The notes below the pieces were generated by a model. The model was not told the DNA's origin. It did not search any database and worked only from the letters and a program-made list of their open reading frames with translations. From an uncultured Planctomycetaceae bacterium (lineage in GTDB: Bacteria; Planctomycetota; Planctomycetia; Planctomycetales; Planctomycetaceae), in contig CAWFGE010000020.1 in assembly GCA_963815195.1 (NCBI GenBank), positions 320,001 through 384,000 on the forward strand: a stretch of DNA of 64,000 bases. Direction: 5' to 3'. The translations under genes were made by a program, and so were the position numbers. Positions 61,890-64,000 of this stretch are shown piece after piece; within the stretch, counting starts at the first letter, position 1, and each line of letters opens with the position of its first letter.

Positions 61890-64000
61890 TGTCCTCATTT
61901 TCAGACCTGTTGGTATCCACGCCGTTTCTTGTTCGATGTTTGAATGCGGCCCTCGCATCGGCGGCGGCATGCGCCCTCGCGATCCTGTTGAGTCGCCGCC
62001 GCACCTGGTCCCTGCCTGCCCGTCATGCGGTGCTGGTCGCGGCAATCGTCATCAGCCTTCTGGCTCCTCTTGTCGTTCCCTTGTTTCACCCTCCCGCGAT
62101 TTGGGCTTTCGGAGTTTCGGCGACCGCGGATCGGGTGGAGCCAACAGCCGGCTCGCAGCCAAATCGCCTGATTCCCTCAGCAAACAGCCAGGAATCGCCG
62201 GCGTCAAATCCGATCCCCATTCCGGTGGCTGACACCAATCCCAACCGGCCGGTGGTTGCCGAACCTCCCGTCGTCCGGCGAGTCGCAGCGGTTCCCGATT
62301 CGCCCCCGCGATCACCCGCCCACGAAGAGCCTACAGTCACTGCCGCGGACTGGGTGCGAATGCTGGGCAGCCTGCTGTGCGGTATCTGGTTCGTCGGCAT
62401 TGCGGTTGGCGGCTTGCGTTTTATACTGAGCCTCGTTCGCTTGAAGGTCTGGAGGCAAACGCTCACCGCCTCGGACAGTCCGCTTTTGGCTGTCGCGGCG
62501 CGCTGGGCCGCAAAGGAAATGGGGTTGCGCAAGGAAGTCGGCGTCCAGTGTTCGAACTGTTTGCCGACCCCAGTGACGGTCGGCCTGATTCACCCTCGGA
62601 TCGTCGTACCGGCAGGCATCGAATCGAGCCTGTCGAAGGAGCAATGGCGCGCGGTCCTGCTGCACGAAATGGCCCACATTGCGCGGCGAGATTTGTGGAT
62701 CAGTCTGCTTCAGCAAATCGCGCAAATCGGTTATTGGTGGAATCCGCTCGTGTGCCTCGTGAACCGTCAACTCGCCGACTTGCGCGAGCAGATTTGCGAC
62801 GACATTGCGCTTCGGGAACACATCGATCCAGGAAACTACGCGGCCACGTTGATTTCGATCGCGGAGCGAGCCGCTGAGGGGCCGCCCGTGCCGGCGACGC
62901 TCGGCATCGGTTCGTCGCCCGCCCGACAACTGGAGAGACGCATCCAACGAATCCTTGCGCCGCCGGCCTCCAAGCGGCTTTGGTTGACCCCGCATGCGCT
63001 GATCGGAGTGGCCGTGGCTTCGCTGTTGATGACGGCGACGGTTCTCTTCGCCCAGGTTCAAGTCAAAACGTCCGATAGACCAACCGGCGATTCACCGCGG
63101 AGCGCCGCCGTGAGACCCGCAATCGCCGAGACCAGGCCGGCTCCAGCCAACCCGACGCTGCACGACCTGATTCAGGAAATGGCGGCCTACGAGCAGAGGT
63201 ACTTCCCGTTCGAGGTCCAGGTCATGGAGACGTTTCGCTTCCCCGACGATCTGACTCCTCAGGAGAAGGCGCGGAACCTCAGGGCGGACGGGCGGAAGCA
63301 TCAAAAGCTAATGGAATACGCCCAGCTCGCAAAACGGATTTGGAGGAGTAAGGAAACGATCTTCGTGGACGATGAACTCGAACAAGGTCCGTACGAACGG
63401 TTCAGCGATGGCCAGCAGATCGTTCAGAGATCGCCGAGTTCGGTGACCATCAACGGCGTCACGGACACGGAATACTACATCAACAACCGGCAGAACGACA
63501 TCTTCAACTATTTATCCGCCGAGCCGCTGCTTGGTGTGCTCTGCCTCTCGATGTATGGCAGGGGGGAACTGTTTTCGGAGGCCTTCAAAGAGGACGAAGA
63601 GGCGGTGGATCTGGCCTGGGACAACGGCGACGCGAAGCTGACGTTTGTGTTTGGAAAACCGCACTGGAACACACAGTATGTCCTGTGGCTGAGCCGTGCC
63701 CATGCCTGGCAGCCCATCCGGCTGCAACGGTATATGGATGCGAAAGACAAGTTTTGGTTCGACGAATGGGAAGTCACGAAGTTCGTCCCGCACGGAAAGC
63801 TGTGGCGCGTCGCCGAAGGAACACACCGCTACCGGGATTGGAGGGACAAGGAAATCGCGGACCCGAAAATCAAGTATTCCATGGATTTTAAGGTTCTCTC
63901 GGAGAAATACGGCCGCGACGTTGACGAGAAGCAATTTCACATTGAAATTCCCAAGGGGGCCAAAGTTCGCGTGCAAGGTCAAGCGGAAGCCGAGCCTCCG
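61889..64000 (+). CDS. BlaR1/M56 family metallopeptidase sensor (runs off the right edge; not in the ORF track)
   Basis: TAATG coupling to the BlaI gene; manual translation MSSFSDLLVSTPF... gives TM helices, PVTVGLIHPRIVVP, VLLHEMAHIARRD, WWNPLV, REQICDD; open to 64000. Confidence 0.9.
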   Translation, partial: MSSFSDLLVSTPFLVRCLNAALASAAACALAILLSRRRTWSLPARHAVLVAAIVISLLAPLVVPLFHPPAIWAFGVSATADRVEPTAGSQPNRLIPSANSQESPASNPIPIPVADTNPNRPVVAEPPVVRRVAAVPDSPPRSPAHEEPTVTAADWVRMLGSLLCGIWFVGIAVGGLRFILSLVRLKVWRQTLTASDSPLLAVAARWAAKEMGLRKEVGVQCSNCLPTPVTVGLIHPRIVVPAGIESSLSKEQWRAVLLHEMAHIARRDLWISLLQQIAQIGYWWNPLVCLVNRQLADLREQICDDIALREHIDPGNYAATLISIAERAAEGPPVPATLGIGSSPARQLERRIQRILAPPASKRLWLTPHALIGVAVASLLMTATVLFAQVQVKTSDRPTGDSPRSAAVRPAIAETRPAPANPTLHDLIQEMAAYEQRYFPFEVQVMETFRFPDDLTPQEKARNLRADGRKHQKLMEYAQLAKRIWRSKETIFVDDELEQGPYERFSDGQQIVQRSPSSVTINGVTDTEYYINNRQNDIFNYLSAEPLLGVLCLSMYGRGELFSEAFKEDEEAVDLAWDNGDAKLTFVFGKPHWNTQYVLWLSRAHAWQPIRLQRYMDAKDKFWFDEWEVTKFVPHGKLWRVAEGTHRYRDWRDKEIADPKIKYSMDFKVLSEKYGRDVDEKQFHIEIPKGAKVRVQGQAEAEPP

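Overview
GC-rich bacterial chromosomal window, very probably Planctomycetota. This is inferred from PSD/DUF1592, DUF1552 and PVC-type heme-binding proteins and from planctomycete-style palindromic repeats. Most genes are housekeeping or metabolic: clpX, glnE, hisG, hisI, cysC, a GH57-galT-GH57 alpha-glucan cluster, cobA-hemD, an Hsp70, an ABC-F ATPase, purN and tRNA-Leu(TAG). Six frameshifts in five genes look like assembly indels. The standout is a solitary retron-type reverse transcriptase (10437..11783, minus strand). Directly upstream is a roughly 165-nt non-coding region with full msr-msd architecture: a 13-bp perfect terminal inverted repeat (16 bp with G-U), a candidate branching G, two msr stem-loops and one long msd hairpin. 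A TTGACA-17-TAGATT promoter is placed to start transcription at the 5' arm. There is no adjacent effector gene, and the retron X/Y motifs are non-canonical. Downstream of tRNA-Leu lies what appears to be a decayed island: an integrase-like C-terminal remnant, an Lhr-like helicase remnant, a Ser/Thr kinase, and a BlaI/BlaR1 pair with visible operators. All family assignments are by-eye motif recognition, not database searches.
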